From Felis catus (taxonomy: Eukaryota), in the NCBI RefSeq assembly GCF_018350175.1, contig NC_058368.1, positions 31,932,001 through 31,996,000 of the forward strand: 64,000 nt of DNA. Reading direction: 5' to 3'. The position numbers and the translations under genes were made by a program. The notes under the pieces were generated by a model that saw only the letters and a list, made by a program, of their open reading frames with translations, ran no database searches and was not told the origin of the DNA. Positions 38,551 to 50,850 of this stretch are shown here, one piece after another; position 1 is the first letter of the stretch; each line of letters starts with the position of its first letter.

Positions 38551-39257
38551 ATATGTATTCATAAGGAATAATTGTTACCTGCATGAACATGATTTATTTA
38601 ATAGCAGAAGCAGGAGCTAGCTAATAAATTGAAGATGGTAGGAATATTACTAAATTTACCCTAACTAAATTTAGAAAGTAGGACATTTTACAACCAATCT
38701 TTGCCTCTAGGGATATTTTTTGACACTATGTGTTTTTTCTTAAGAATTTTTCCTTAATTCTTTTATTTCTTGATTTCAGACTATTACAAATTTTATTGCC
38801 AATTAGATGTTTCTAATAAGAAAAATAAGCAATATGTTTTTAAGTCCCCTTGATATTATTTTCAACTTGCTTTTAATATCTAACTGAATGACCAACTTTT
38901 AAGTGTAAAATTTCTAATAAACTAATATTGTGATCTATAGAATGTGCCAAACATTCAATAAATAAAAGCATCCCTAATGAAGTAGAAAGCTTTTGATTCT
39001 AAATATTTACGTTTTGCTTTCATTTCTAAAGCAACCAACTTTGGAAAACTAGCTTTAAAAATGGGGGTAAAGCCTCTGTCATATTGTCTTGTTAAAGCTT
39101 TAATAGTGAATAATTTTTATCCACAAGGTCATATTTTATTAAAAATATATAGTGGAAATTACATAAAGCCAAAGTCTAGGGACTAAGTTAGCATTCCAGG
39201 TAAGTAACATGCATATTAATCCAAAAAGAGATGTTTCTAGAAAGTATTGGGAGAGAT

Positions 39258-39479
39258 TCTTTTTTTTTTTTTACAAGTTTATTTATTTTGAGAGAGAGAG
39301 AGAGTGAGGGTGCAGGAGTGGGGGAGAGGCAGAGACAGAGGGAGAGATTGAGAATCCCAAGCAGGCAACACACTGACATCACAGAGCTCAATTCAGGGCT
39401 TGCCCTCATGACTATGAGATCATGACCTGAGCTAAAACTAAGAGTCGGATGCTTAACCAACTGAGCCATGCAGGTGTCC
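39258..39479 (-). mobile_element. CAN-SINE (SINEC)
   Basis: polyT, aagtttatttattttgagag..., gagaatcccaagcagg, gagtcggatgcttaaccaactgagcca. Confidence 0.93.
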
Positions 39480-39529
39480 ACGATATTGAAAGAACTTATA
39501 TGACTTTTTACATTAGCTTGAAGTACAAT

Positions 39530-39582
39530 GTTTTTAAAAAAAGTTTTTATTTTTGAGAGAGTGCAAGCAGGGGAGGGGCAGA

Positions 39583-39636
<54 letters not shown>

Positions 39637-39750
39637 CTGAAGCAGACTCTGTAGTGATAGCAGTGAGCCCTATGTGGGAACTCATGAAACAGGAGATCAT
39701 GACCTGAGCCGAAATCTAATGCTCAACTAACTGTGCCACCCAGGTACCCC
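39530..39750 (-). mobile_element. CAN-SINE (SINEC) with long (GA)n
   Basis: gatctgaagcagactctg...gagatcatgacctgagccgaa...gccacccaggtacccc; degenerate TSD tgaagtacaat/tggggtacaat. Confidence 0.92.
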
Positions 39751-41446
39751 TGGGGTACAATTTTAAGGCAGATTTCTAAAATGTTTGAAACAATGGTACC
39801 TTTATTGAGAGAAATGCATAGATTATTTGAAAGACAGTGGAAGAGCCTATATGCTTTGTCCTATGAAACATTTCTGGAATGTTTTTCATGGTGTGCACAT
39901 TTAATTTGCTTACATATTTGTTTCTCCAACTTGTTACTACACTTAATATTGTGTTTGATGCACAGTGATATGTAGAACACTTTGGAAAGTGATTTTTTAA
40001 AGCTTTCTTAGGAAAATAAGGAACATTAGGAATATTTCTTTCCTTTGAGTTACTTTCAGTAATGGTACTTCTGGAATTGCTAAGCATTTCCAATTTTGGT
40101 ATTCTACAACTGGTAATACAGTTTAGTAGTAGAACACCAATTATTAAATCTTCAGGTTTATGTTGCATTTCTGTTTTGAGAAATACCTGAAGGCAATGAC
40201 TGAGGGTTTTATTGGTTAAAGATATTAATGATTAAAAAGAGCTTCTGTGAAAGCTTTCCTAATATGTTAAAAATAGTAATTAATAGTGTTTTGTGATTTT
40301 ATTAACATATACTAATCTTCATAATAAAGCAAATAATAAACATGACACATTTATCAATTTCTTATTTTTATTTCAGAAAAGCAGTCTTAAATTTAAAAAA
40401 GAACCTATATAATTTCAAACATTGTAAAATAAGAGGATTTTCACTACATCGAAAGTAAATTAGAAACCCAGCTAATCTAAATGGCCATATGCTTCGCAAA
40501 CACTACACTCAAAAATACCATCTATCATTTATTGCTCCCCACCTGGCCACTTTTCCAGGATGTAACCTGAAGCTTGATTCCTGTATTTGAAACTGTATGC
40601 TTCACTCATCATTCTTATAAGTTGTACTAACCAGTTCATTAATTTTTTGGCGGAGGAAAAGTGGCTAAGAGGACATATTGTAATTTTTTTCTAACTTTTT
40701 ACAAAATGTCACTTTTCCAATAAAATATTTTTTAAAAATGTGAATTTGCATGAAATAATTATTTACATGTGATAACATGTAGACATAAGTTAAATTTTAT
40801 ATGAAATGAGTTTCTATTTGGGATCTCATTATTGAAATGCCAGGCTTGTAAGATTTCATTGCTTTAATTATAACATACTTGATTCTGGTTCATTGTTACT
40901 TAGGTGAAATGAGATATTTTAAATCTTGAACTCTGAAAAAATATTCAGGATGAAACCTGCTTCCTCCGTTTTCCCTATTTAATATATAGAAGAAAATTTA
41001 CTATATTTTGTTCAAGAGTTGAATATTATCCAGGTTTATAATAGTTAAGAACATTCAGCCATTTAACACAATATTGTCATAAATAAACAACATGCAAGAT
41101 ATTATACCAAGGATTGCATAGGACACAAAATGAAAACCATGTGGCTGCTCCTCTCAAAGAGCATAAGTTCCAGTAAAGTGTACCAGTCATGGAAGCACTG
41201 AAATAACTTGTAAATTTGGCAGTTACTACAGAGTGGGGGAGAACGTGGGAGGTAGAAAACAGCTGTGATATGGGGATCACAAAATGTCTCGAAAAGAGTG
41301 GCATCAAAGAATCAGGTTTCTATAGGTAGAGAAAGAGATGAATGAAAGTTTTGACTAAACAGTTTAAAAAATTAGACACACACAAATTTATAGCTAAATA
41401 TTAGAATTTAAAATGTGATATCCGGCGGGGGCTGGGGGGGGGGTGA

Positions 41447-41655
41447 GGGGCGCCAGGGAGGCTCAGTTGGTTGAGCATCTGACTCTTGACTTTAGTGCAG
41501 CTGATATCTCATGGTTCCTGGGTTCCAGCCCCTGTGTCCAGCTCCACGCTGACAGGGTGGAGCCTGCCTGGGATTTTCTCCCTTTCCATTTCTCTCTGCA
41601 CCTCTCCCACTAGTGCTCTGTCTTTCAAAATAAGTAAATAGACCTTAAAAAAAAA
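41447..41655 (+). mobile_element. CAN-SINE (SINEC)
   Basis: ggggcgccagggaggctcagttggttgagcatctgactcttga...gagcctgcctgggatt...A tail. Confidence 0.9.
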
Positions 41656-42109
41656 GTTTTTTGTTGTGTGTGTGTTTTTTTTTTTAAAGAAAGATCATAC
41701 CCAGTTGTTAGAAAGCTATCATGATTAGGTACACATTATAGAAATTATAGAAAATTTTATTTGAAAATCAGAAAGAAAAGTAACAAGTAAAGAATGAAAT
41801 AACCTTATGCCAAAACTTACTTATCTTCCCAGAGCTTATGTTTGAGATGTAGGATGAAAGGAATGGATTAGAGTTCAATAAGAAATAAAAGAACTGTCTC
41901 ACTGCATGCCTCTGTGGAGAGCCACAAATGCAGTGTGAATGCTGGCCATTGAGCCTTGTGTTCTCATTAGTCTGGATTTCTCCAGCAACAATGATGCCAG
42001 CAGTTTCAGTAGAAGTTAAACAGGGAAAGCTAGATACCAATTTCAGCAATTCAGGTATAAAAAGTTAACAACCTTATCATAAAGCAAACAAGCAGAATTG
42101 GTTATTTAC

Positions 42110-42660
42110 TGATCCATTTAACTCATTTGCTTAGCATTATTCTATTTAACTTTTTTTTTTTTTTTAATGAGAACTATATGCTTAAGGAACTGTGTGCTAA
42201 GTATAGGGAATCCTACAGTCAAGAAGACAGAGATGCCTGTTGCTGTCATGAACAGTTAGAGTTCAGTGGCAGAAACAACATGTTACAATAAATCACAATA
42301 GGAGGATGGGAGTTAAGATAGTGGAGAGACTATGACAGTGAAGCAAGTAAAACTCACCTTGGCTTAGAAAGCTTAGTGCAGTCCTGAAGCAGAAGTTGAC
42401 ACCTTCAGGATGAGGTGCATTTTGCCAGGCATCGAGAATGGGGATGCACATTAGACATAGCTCACTCCTGGAGAGGAAGCACGTGTGTATACCCCTCAGG
42501 ATGGTTTATAAAGGGTGAAGGGAGAGTCTTCCGAAGGGATCTGTGGAGGCTTCTAGAGAAGAGATCCTGTATTCCCTTGTAAATAAAGGAATCACCAAAG
42601 GGTTGTAAGTATTGGACCAAAATAATTTGCTGTTTATTTTTTAAAACTTGAAAAGCTTTA
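42110..42660 (-). mobile_element. L2 3' region relic
   Basis: gaactgtgtgctaagtatagggaatcctacagtcaagaagacag...ctgtcatgaacagttagagttcagtgg. Confidence 0.6.
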
Positions 42661-42973
42661 ATAGAAGTTTAAGGGCTTGGGAAGGCCTGGGTTCTTGGGC
42701 TAGAATTCTCAAGCTGGGGCTATCAATAAGTTCTAGGCTCTGGTTAAGGTTATAGGAATGCAAACAAAGCTAAGAAACTCCCTCTACTTTAAAGTCTCTT
42801 TTTCCTTGTTGAAGATAAATGGAGACAATTTTGTTCTCAGTCTGAAGTGAGGCAGGATAGGGAAACACTGAAGCAGGGAGGAAAAGAAGGTGCCAGATGC
42901 ATCCTCCCTTTTCTTGCTTTCAAGATCCCAGGTAGGGCTCAAAGACAAACTCTCAGTTAAAAGTAACAATACA

Positions 42974-43199
42974 GGGGCGCCTGGGTGGCGCAGTCGGTTG
43001 AGCGTCCGACTTCAGCCAGGTCACGATCTCGCGGTCCGGGAGTTCGAGCCCCGCATCAGGCTCTGGGCTGATGGCTCAGAGCCTGGAGCCTGTTTCCGAT
43101 TCTGTGCCTCCCTCTCTCTCTGCCCTTCCCCCGTTCATGCTCTGTCTCTCTCTGTCCCAAAAATAAATAAACGTTGAAAAAAATTAAAAAAAAAAAAAA
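42974..43199 (+). mobile_element. Young SINEC_Fc-type SINE
   Basis: CpG-rich, long A tail; TSD aaaagtaacaataca at 42959-42973 and 43200-43214. Confidence 0.97.
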
Positions 43200-43999
43200 A
43201 AAAGTAACAATACAGGTAACTTCAGATGAATTCAGCCTTAAACTGCTGAAGCTTTCTGTGGAAATTTTGGCTACCCCTCAGCCTAGAGATTTAGACAACT
43301 GAGCTATTGCCAGGTGGAAGTTTCAGGGACTGTGCTAAAACCAACCTCGGCTTTGGGGGCTTCTGGACGGCTAGAACAGAACAGCTATGAATCTGTATCG
43401 TAAAGATGCTGTCTCTCCAGAATCTAGAGAATAGAGTCTGAATAAGGAACGGATACCTCATCACTAGTGGAAGGAGCTCAGAAAATAGTACCTTGGCCCT
43501 TCCTTCCCTCCACCTAGCTTGATACGTGTTTCCTGCTGTACTTGTTTCTCTAGATCTCACTGGAGACTAGCTAAGTTCTATTTAGGCATCCTTTGCTGAA
43601 GCAAGGGAGTGGAGGTGGATTTGATCATGGAAAATCAGAGAGGAATCTGAGAGTTTACATTCCTGGGGGCCTCTGCTAGCTAAGCTATGCTCTAAACCAT
43701 CCTAATCTCGGGTATCTTGTTCCACTTTGAGGAATTCCAACATAGACAATTAGAGAAAGGTTTGAGAAGTGTGCACCTTCTGAAATCATTGTGGCTTCTA
43801 TCTGCATTCAGAAAGAAGGGGGAAGATGTATTAAAAAGTAATCATTGGATGTATTATAGGAAATGGCTTGAGAAGAAAAAAAAATCTGTATCCAAGAAAA
43901 TAATTTAGGAAACTATTTTAAATAGTGTATACAGAGCTTAGTGTTTATTACCTGGACTAGAATAATGTCAGAGGAACAGAAAGAATTCTTTGTGATTTT

Positions 44000-45330
44000 A
44001 ACTTCCCTGTTGATGACCCATTGAAACCTGATTCTCAGGTTTGATTACTCCTCTAAAAACAGTGTGCTGAATTCTGTCCTCTTTAGTTATAGCCTGACCA
44101 GTAATCACAAACTCTACATATTTTCAGTTTCAAGGATCTCATTCTGCTAATAACACAAGCCATCTTTCCAGCTCGCTCACTCTTTGTATTTTTTTATAAT
44201 TTTTTTTTTTTTACATTTTATTTATTTTTGAGAGAGAGAAACAGACAGAGCCCAAATGGGGGAGAGGCAGAGAGAGGGAGATACAGAATCTGAAGCAGGC
44301 TCCAGGCTCTGAGCCGTCAGCACAGAGCCCAGTGTGGGGCTTGAACTCACAAACTGTGAGATCATGACCTGAGCCGAAGTCAGACACTTACTTAACCGAC
44401 TGAGCACCCACGCGCCCCTCATTCTTTATATTTTTTTCCTGACTTCAGTGGTCCTCCAATCCCACCAAAACTTGCAATCCTGGAGGGAGAAATCCAGACT
44501 AATGAGAACACAAGGCTCAATGACCAGCATTCACACTGCGTTTGTCGGGTCCCCTCACTCTCCTACACATACACATGATTATGTCACACTTTCTTCTCTC
44601 TCCTCAAACTTCCAACATCTCACTCCTGTCCTCAACCTCAGTCTATGATATTGTTTCCTATTTGCTTGAGAAGGTAGAAACAATAACCAGAAAATTTCCA
44701 TGACTGCCTTTCTCCTAATCTATCTCCCTGCATCTGTGACCATTTCCCCTGCCTTCTTTTCTATTACTATGGAAGAACTCTCTGGTACCCAACTAGGCCA
44801 GCTTTCCATTTGTGTACAGATCCTAGCTTCTCTCATCTCCATAGAGTCATTACTTCAGCAAACTGTCTGTTCCTCTCTTCTGTAAATATTTTTTCTTATT
44901 ACTGTATCACAGCCTTATTAAAATACAAATATAATCTTATATTCTCATTTTAAGAAAACTGTCTTTTGACATCACATCCCTCTCCAGCTATAACCTCTCT
45001 TCTTCTTTACCGTAAAATTTCTCATGTTGACTATGGTCATTGTTTCCAATTCCTTTTTTTAATTCTCTTTTGGAACCAATCCAATAGAACTTTTGTCTTC
45101 TTCTGCTATTTTATCAAAAATGCCCTTGCTAAATTATTAATAATCACCCTTTATTAAATATAATAATCATTTCTCATTCTTGAAAAGCAGTCTTCACTTC
45201 ATTTGAAGGGCATCATGCTCTCCTGCTTTTCCTTCTACTTATTGGCCTCATTGTCAGTTTTCTGATACATTCCTGTATCCTTGTCTTACCAACACTTTGT
45301 GCTTTGATACTCTCCATTCTCTAGAAATAC
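44000..45330 (+). mobile_element. L2 ORF2 relic (pyrimidine-rich), interrupted by a SINE
   Basis: tttcctatttgcttgagaaggtagaaacaataaccagaaaatttcc...ccatttgtgtacagatcc...tttggaaccaatccaatag. Confidence 0.65.
44196..44418 (-). mobile_element. CAN-SINE (SINEC, felid type)
   Basis: SINE body; TSD tca(c/t)tcttt(g/a)tattttttt at 44177-44195 and 44419-44437. Confidence 0.95.
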
Positions 45331-45919
45331 TTACTTCGCTGAAGTGAGGAACATAGAGAATATATCTGCCATCCACACAACAGAATTTCTTATTGAATCA
45401 CTGTTATGTACTTACATTTTTGGTACACATACATATACTGCATCTTTTTGGACACAAAATATACCAAAGGTAGTCTTGTTCATGGACTACCAAAGAGATC
45501 ATGGATTTATACTAGTGTCTACTAAAAGTTATTATAATTAGTGTGTCTTTGAATCAGTAGCAGCAATAGTAGCAGAACCTCTAGAAAATTTCAACAGAGT
45601 TGTGCAGGTTTTAAGATCGTCAGCATCATGATACAATTAACAGAGAGCTGACTCAGCAAAAGAGGTCAGTGGAAGAGCAAGTGGCGTGTAGAGCGAACAT
45701 TGGTGATGAAAGGGGAAACACCTTCTAGAGTTTTAGCGAGCCAGTAGGGACACATGTGATATGAACAGGAATTCTTCCTAGTACCACATAGTTTATTTTT
45801 ATATAAAATTTTGTGTGGGTGTCCAGAAATGTATCTCCTGGAAATTTGTGGACTAGATTTTAAATGTCAAAACTTAAGGATAGCAAGTTAAAATGAATTT
45901 CTGATAATCAGTGTAATCT

Positions 45920-46250
45920 CTTGATCAGCCTACTTGTTAACTAAAGGTGGCTATGTGCAAGGTTCTGCAATGTTGATTTCTTGATCTAATGTCTTCCAAA
46001 TGCTAATAAAAATAGAGTATTCATGGAGAACGTTTGCAGATTAACTAGGACTGGCTGTGGATGCCTACCATCTGGTGTTACAAAGCATGGATGGATTAGT
46101 TATAACAGTGGAGAGAATGAAATGCTTTACACAATCAGATGGTAAAATGGCAATAATGATCTGTGCACATAATCGAAGTACAGTGTGGGGTAGACAGAAT
46201 TCTGGCAGCCAGAAAGCAAAGAAAGAGCTAGAGTAATTCTACCTTTGGAA
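45920..46250 (+). mobile_element. CR1/L3 reverse-transcriptase relic
   Basis: Collinear degraded motifs caaggttct (QGS), tttgcagat (FAD), aagtacagtgtgggg (KYxxG), gaaagagctagagt (EKDLGV-like). Confidence 0.5.
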
Positions 46251-46931
46251 AGCTTCCAAATTAATATTGTTGGTACATTACAGTGTCCAACTGGGAACAG
46301 CATGCACTATATTCCATTGGAAAGTTAGAATTTAGAGATGTGGTTGTTCCTTTCATTTTCAACTAACTGTGAGATTTGCTGGCATGTCAAATATTATCCT
46401 AGAATTAAAAAAATAATAATAATAAAACAAATTTATTGTTCTCTGCCTGCAAACATAAGAGAGCATAACTTAATAGGAAATGCAAAAAGAGAAATGTACA
46501 TGGAAGATCCATGGATGGATTTAAGGAACCTAGCCATTTTGAGAAAACTAGCATTTGGTGGCATAGTCAAAAAGAAAGAAACAGAATTGGTAATAGAGGC
46601 AGATGAAGGAAGTCATCTTTTGTATTTCTAAGAGAAGTAGACATAGAAAAATATTTAAACCAATCATTAAAGATTAAAGAGATTCCTAAGAAAATGAAGA
46701 CAGTTTACCTAAACCCACATATAACACATATACACACACATGTACAGAAAAGATAATTTGAAAGTTGAAGGTACTTATAGAAATTAAATTTCTTTTATCC
46801 TCTAAATACTTACATCAATAAATTATCCATAGATTTGTACTTATATGTCAGACATATCCATAAAATTACTAAGCATAAATATATAGAGATACTGAACTAA
46901 AAGAATACAACGTTATTAAAGATGTATGTCA

Positions 46932-46932
<1 letters not shown>

Positions 46933-46983
<51 letters not shown>
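46933..46983. repeat. (CA)n microsatellite
   Basis: Direct inspection. Confidence 0.97.
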
Positions 46984-46990
<7 letters not shown>

Positions 46991-48044
46991 AGGGAGAAAT
47001 AAAATGACCATGAGAGTATTTGAGTGAGTTAGTTATAACCCTAGGAAACAGAAACAATGAATAATTGGCTATGAAATGTGGTCAATGAAAGGTACTTGTG
47101 ATCATAGGCACAAGAAAAAATTAGCTATTCTTTCTGATAGCAGCTTCAAATAACCAAGTCACTTCAAATAACATGATTTGTAATGAATCAAGAAAAAAGA
47201 GAAAAAATGTCTTTATGTTTCACTATTAAAAGAATGTAAGCATTAGCTACATCAATTTGTTAAGCAACATCTTAAGGGAATTATCTTAAGGGAAATACAC
47301 AATTAAATAAATTCAAGTAGTTAAGATAGTTAAACTTGTGTCCAAAAGCTATATACATTCTCCTGACAAATTGAAAAATGTTCAGAATTTAAAATGCCTT
47401 TTTTTTTTTTTTTAACTTTTAAAGAACTAAGATGTTTAAGGTGTCAGGAAACAGGATTCGACAGTTGGTCCTGAAGGGCTGGAACAAAGAACCCTTGAAG
47501 CTTTTCATATCTACAACACATAAAAGGAACTGGGACATTGGTGCCGAAGTCATAGTGGAGTAAATATTCAAAATAGTTCTTTATAAATAGAAGTGACTTA
47601 GGTAAAATTTGGAATATAGATGCAAGCGTGAATATAGAGGCAAGTATGTTTCCATGGCTAGGAAGACAAGAATAGAAGAAATAGGGAAGCATAAGAGGTG
47701 AAGCACAAAGCAGTCTGGAAGATTTCCAATGGTGATGGCCAATATCCATCATGGGATTTTCATGAACCCTACCAGATTTATAGAGGGTCTCAGTCTGTTT
47801 ATTGGATCATGATCATACAGATGTCACCACTTGTGCAAACCTTACCTAGTTGAGCAAAGTTGTGCCTTGTCTTTAAATATACTCTATTTTCCGCAGTAGT
47901 TTCCTAAATAATTTTAGGAGTGTAAACTTATACTTTCATCCCTATCCCAGCACATACACTCAATTTTTTACTTGAAACCCAGGACCTGAATTACCCTAGG
48001 TGAAGGATGGGAAGTAATCTCCTTTACTTAAAGTTAACTGATGG

Positions 48045-48138
48045 TAAAAATGTTAATCACATTTAGAAATGCTTTCACAGCAACATTTATACTAGTGTTT
48101 GACTAGATAATGGGCACCATAATCTAGACAAGTATGAC
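48045..48138 (-). mobile_element. MLT2-type LTR fragment
   Basis: aatgttaatcacatttagaaatgctttcacagcaacatttatactagtgtttgactagataatgggcaccataatctag. Confidence 0.65.
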
Positions 48139-49862
48139 CTTCCATTATAGAGGGATTTCTTTTATCTTTTGTCTTAAGACCCTATTGAAGTATTGATATA
48201 CTTTGTTGAGAAGACTCAGCAAATTATAACAGTACAGTTAAAAGAAGTCTAGAACATCCAAGGCAAATATGGAAACATGTATTATGTGCCAGGGAAGTTA
48301 GGGCTCCTATATATGAGATTTTGTACTTCTTTTGTGTTATGTGCTGAACAATAAAAGACACAAATGCTCTTCTCAAGAAAATGGCTCCTTAAGGGGACAA
48401 CAGAGATTAACCTCCATCCCTGAGAAATTATTTGAGTAAGATATTTTCAGCCTCCTGGTCACAAGTAGAGGTAGATAAGACAGGCCAAATATTATAAGCT
48501 ATATAGAGATGTCTAAACACATCAGCGCTGAATAAAATCAAAGACTTATCTGTAGAATAGTGATCATGAGTGGGGGAGTAAGCACAAGAACATAATAGTT
48601 CCAATTTGGATCTTAGATAAGACCCAAATACAATGATGACAGCATAATGCCCTATATCCATATCTGATTCAAATTGATATCCAATCTGCCATAATCATCT
48701 TGTAGGACTAAAGAATTTGTTATAGAGTGGGATTTTTCATGCCCTGCCTTGACACTACAACCACTGGCGTCTAGTTCATCAAAGATACCTTCTTACTGTA
48801 GCTCATTTGCCTTTGTAAAGAGGACTTGACTTAATTCACTCTTTTTAAACACATTCTAGATACTGTACCACCCTTAGAGGCATTACATGGGAGCTCATTT
48901 TTCCCTTTGTGTGTAGTTTTTTGTGTTGATTCTGTATTTAACTTTGTGAAGCCCTGACATTTGTACATAGGTACTATAGAAGTTGTTTTTTTTTCTTTCT
49001 GTTACAGCCATTGTATAATTATTGCTACATGATAAAGAATACCAAAGTAAAAGACAGTCTATAATTTCTATTCAAGTTTGTGATTTTCAACACTTTTTTA
49101 CCAATCAGTGAGATACACTGAAATATTTTCCACCTAGATTTTAGCACTTATGAGATTGCAGTGGTTTACTCTAATCCCATTATAGCAAAGCTCTTAGTAC
49201 TATTATCTGGAGTTTGCTGCTTTCTTGTCTTCATTCTACTTATTTTTGTCACTTTCATCTGTCACAAGCATGCAACATAGATATTGAAAATAAGTTATCT
49301 TCTTCTGTTTCACTCTCTTTTCCATTTAGTGTGATCAAATAATGTATCTACAGGGACATTCTCTCTATTACCACAGCTCACCTATGCTACTAGATTTAGT
49401 TACTTTAATCATAGGATCAGTGAATAGCCCATTCAGCCCTTTATAGTTTACTTCCAGGGAAATAAAAATTTTCCCTAATGTCTGAAAGGTATGTATTAGC
49501 TCTCAAGATTAGTTCTGTCTTTGTTCCCAAATTCAAAACATTTGCCAAACAAGCTTCTTAGTATCTCCTTTGAGACCATGAGTGGGGCTTTATTCCAAAA
49601 GATATATTTCCTCTTTTTTATTCTTTTGGTGACTTTTTATTCTTGTGATGACTTTGATAGAAAAGATGAAATAAAAAGTTTTTATTCAAAAACTGTATTT
49701 CACATATTTATTTCTTTACTTATGTATTGTCTATCTTTTTATATAGACTACAGATTCCTTAAGGTTGGAATATTGTTTTATTTCTTGCTCTGCATCTGGC
49801 AACTAACAATATGTTTTCTATAATTGAGGCATCCAATGAGTAATTATTAAAAGGTTAAAATA

Positions 49863-50028
49863 GGGGCATCTATGTGGCTCAGTCGGTTAAGCATCCAACC
49901 CTTGATTTTGGTTCAAGTCATGATCTCACAGTTGTGAGACTGAACCCCATGTCAGTCTCTGCTCTGGGCGTGGAGCCTGCTTACAATTCTTCCTCTCACT
50001 CCCCCCACCCCCCAACACCTCAAAAAAA
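49863..50028 (+). mobile_element. CAN-SINE (older SINEC)
   Basis: gtggctcagtcggttaagcatccaacccttgattttgg...gcgtggagcctgctt. Confidence 0.9.
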
Positions 50029-50783
50029 GTACATGTTGAATTGATATTATATCACTTAAATGATTTTATTATATATTTACTCAATAGATATAAGAATACA
50101 ATTGAACAGTTTACCTTATGGATTATACCACATTTGTCTATTATTTTTAAGTCTTGAGAGTTCTAAATTATAATTAATTATAAAATCAAATAAATTTTGA
50201 TTACTATAAAAACATACATATAAGTAATAGGAACTTGGAAATGAATTAAAAACTTTATGAAACAGTGGGATTTACATTATTTTTTATTATGTTGTGTGGA
50301 TCTAATATTCTCCTTAATTGTTCTTTCTCAAGTGATTGGTATGTACCTAGCATTGTTTTTATCATGCTGAAAACAACTTTAAGGGTGAATTTTAGTTTCT
50401 TTAAGGAAATGTCAGCAAGATAGTGAGGTTTTCAGCCTTCATTTCTCCCACAGAAAAACCAATTTTGACAACCCATGGATGAGAGTACGTGTGTGGGAGT
50501 CCAGAAATCCAGCAGAGAGGTCCCAACACCGCACTGGAATAAAAATACCCAAGAATAGACACAATTGAACAGGATAAGAAGGACAATGTCATTTTTTCTG
50601 CATTATTCTAACCCCCAAGGCAGGACAGCTCAATAAGCACAGTGCCAGTAAAAACCCCTCAGCCCTTGATTTTCTCATGGGAAGGTGAAAATGTATGAAC
50701 TCCCAGCTTTGCCATCTGTTTGGGATGTAACAACACATTCATGAACAACCAATGGATCAAAAAAGGAATCAAAAGAATAGGGT

Positions 50784-50819
50784 GAGATCAGGTATATTCA
50801 GAGTAGTATGACCATGGAC
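50784..50819 (-). pseudogene. 3'-truncated (tailless) 5S rRNA retropseudogene, 5S nt 1-36
   Basis: Minus strand GTCCATGGTCATACTACTCTGAATATACCTGATCTC vs mammalian 5S GTCTACGGCCATACCACCCTGAACGCGCCCGATCTC: 26/36, ungapped, all 10 differences are transitions. Confidence 0.8.

Positions 50820-50850
<31 letters not shown>

Noticed and set aside
38886..38898. gaatgaccaactt matching the TSD of the SINE at 37413
   Set aside because: Isolated 13-mer with no extended similarity; compatible with chance
39188..39700. Longest ORF in the window (170 aa)
   Set aside because: Runs through two tandem SINEs; the LSLSLS runs are the (CT)n tract
41900..41935. Stem-loop cactgcat...tgtgg-agag-ccaca...atgcagtg as a pre-miRNA
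   Set aside because: Too short and has a large asymmetric bulge
42890..43177. ORFs sharing GAPGWRSRLSVRLQPGHDLAV (also 51642-51893), suggesting a gene family
   Set aside because: They are translations of SINEC_Fc copies
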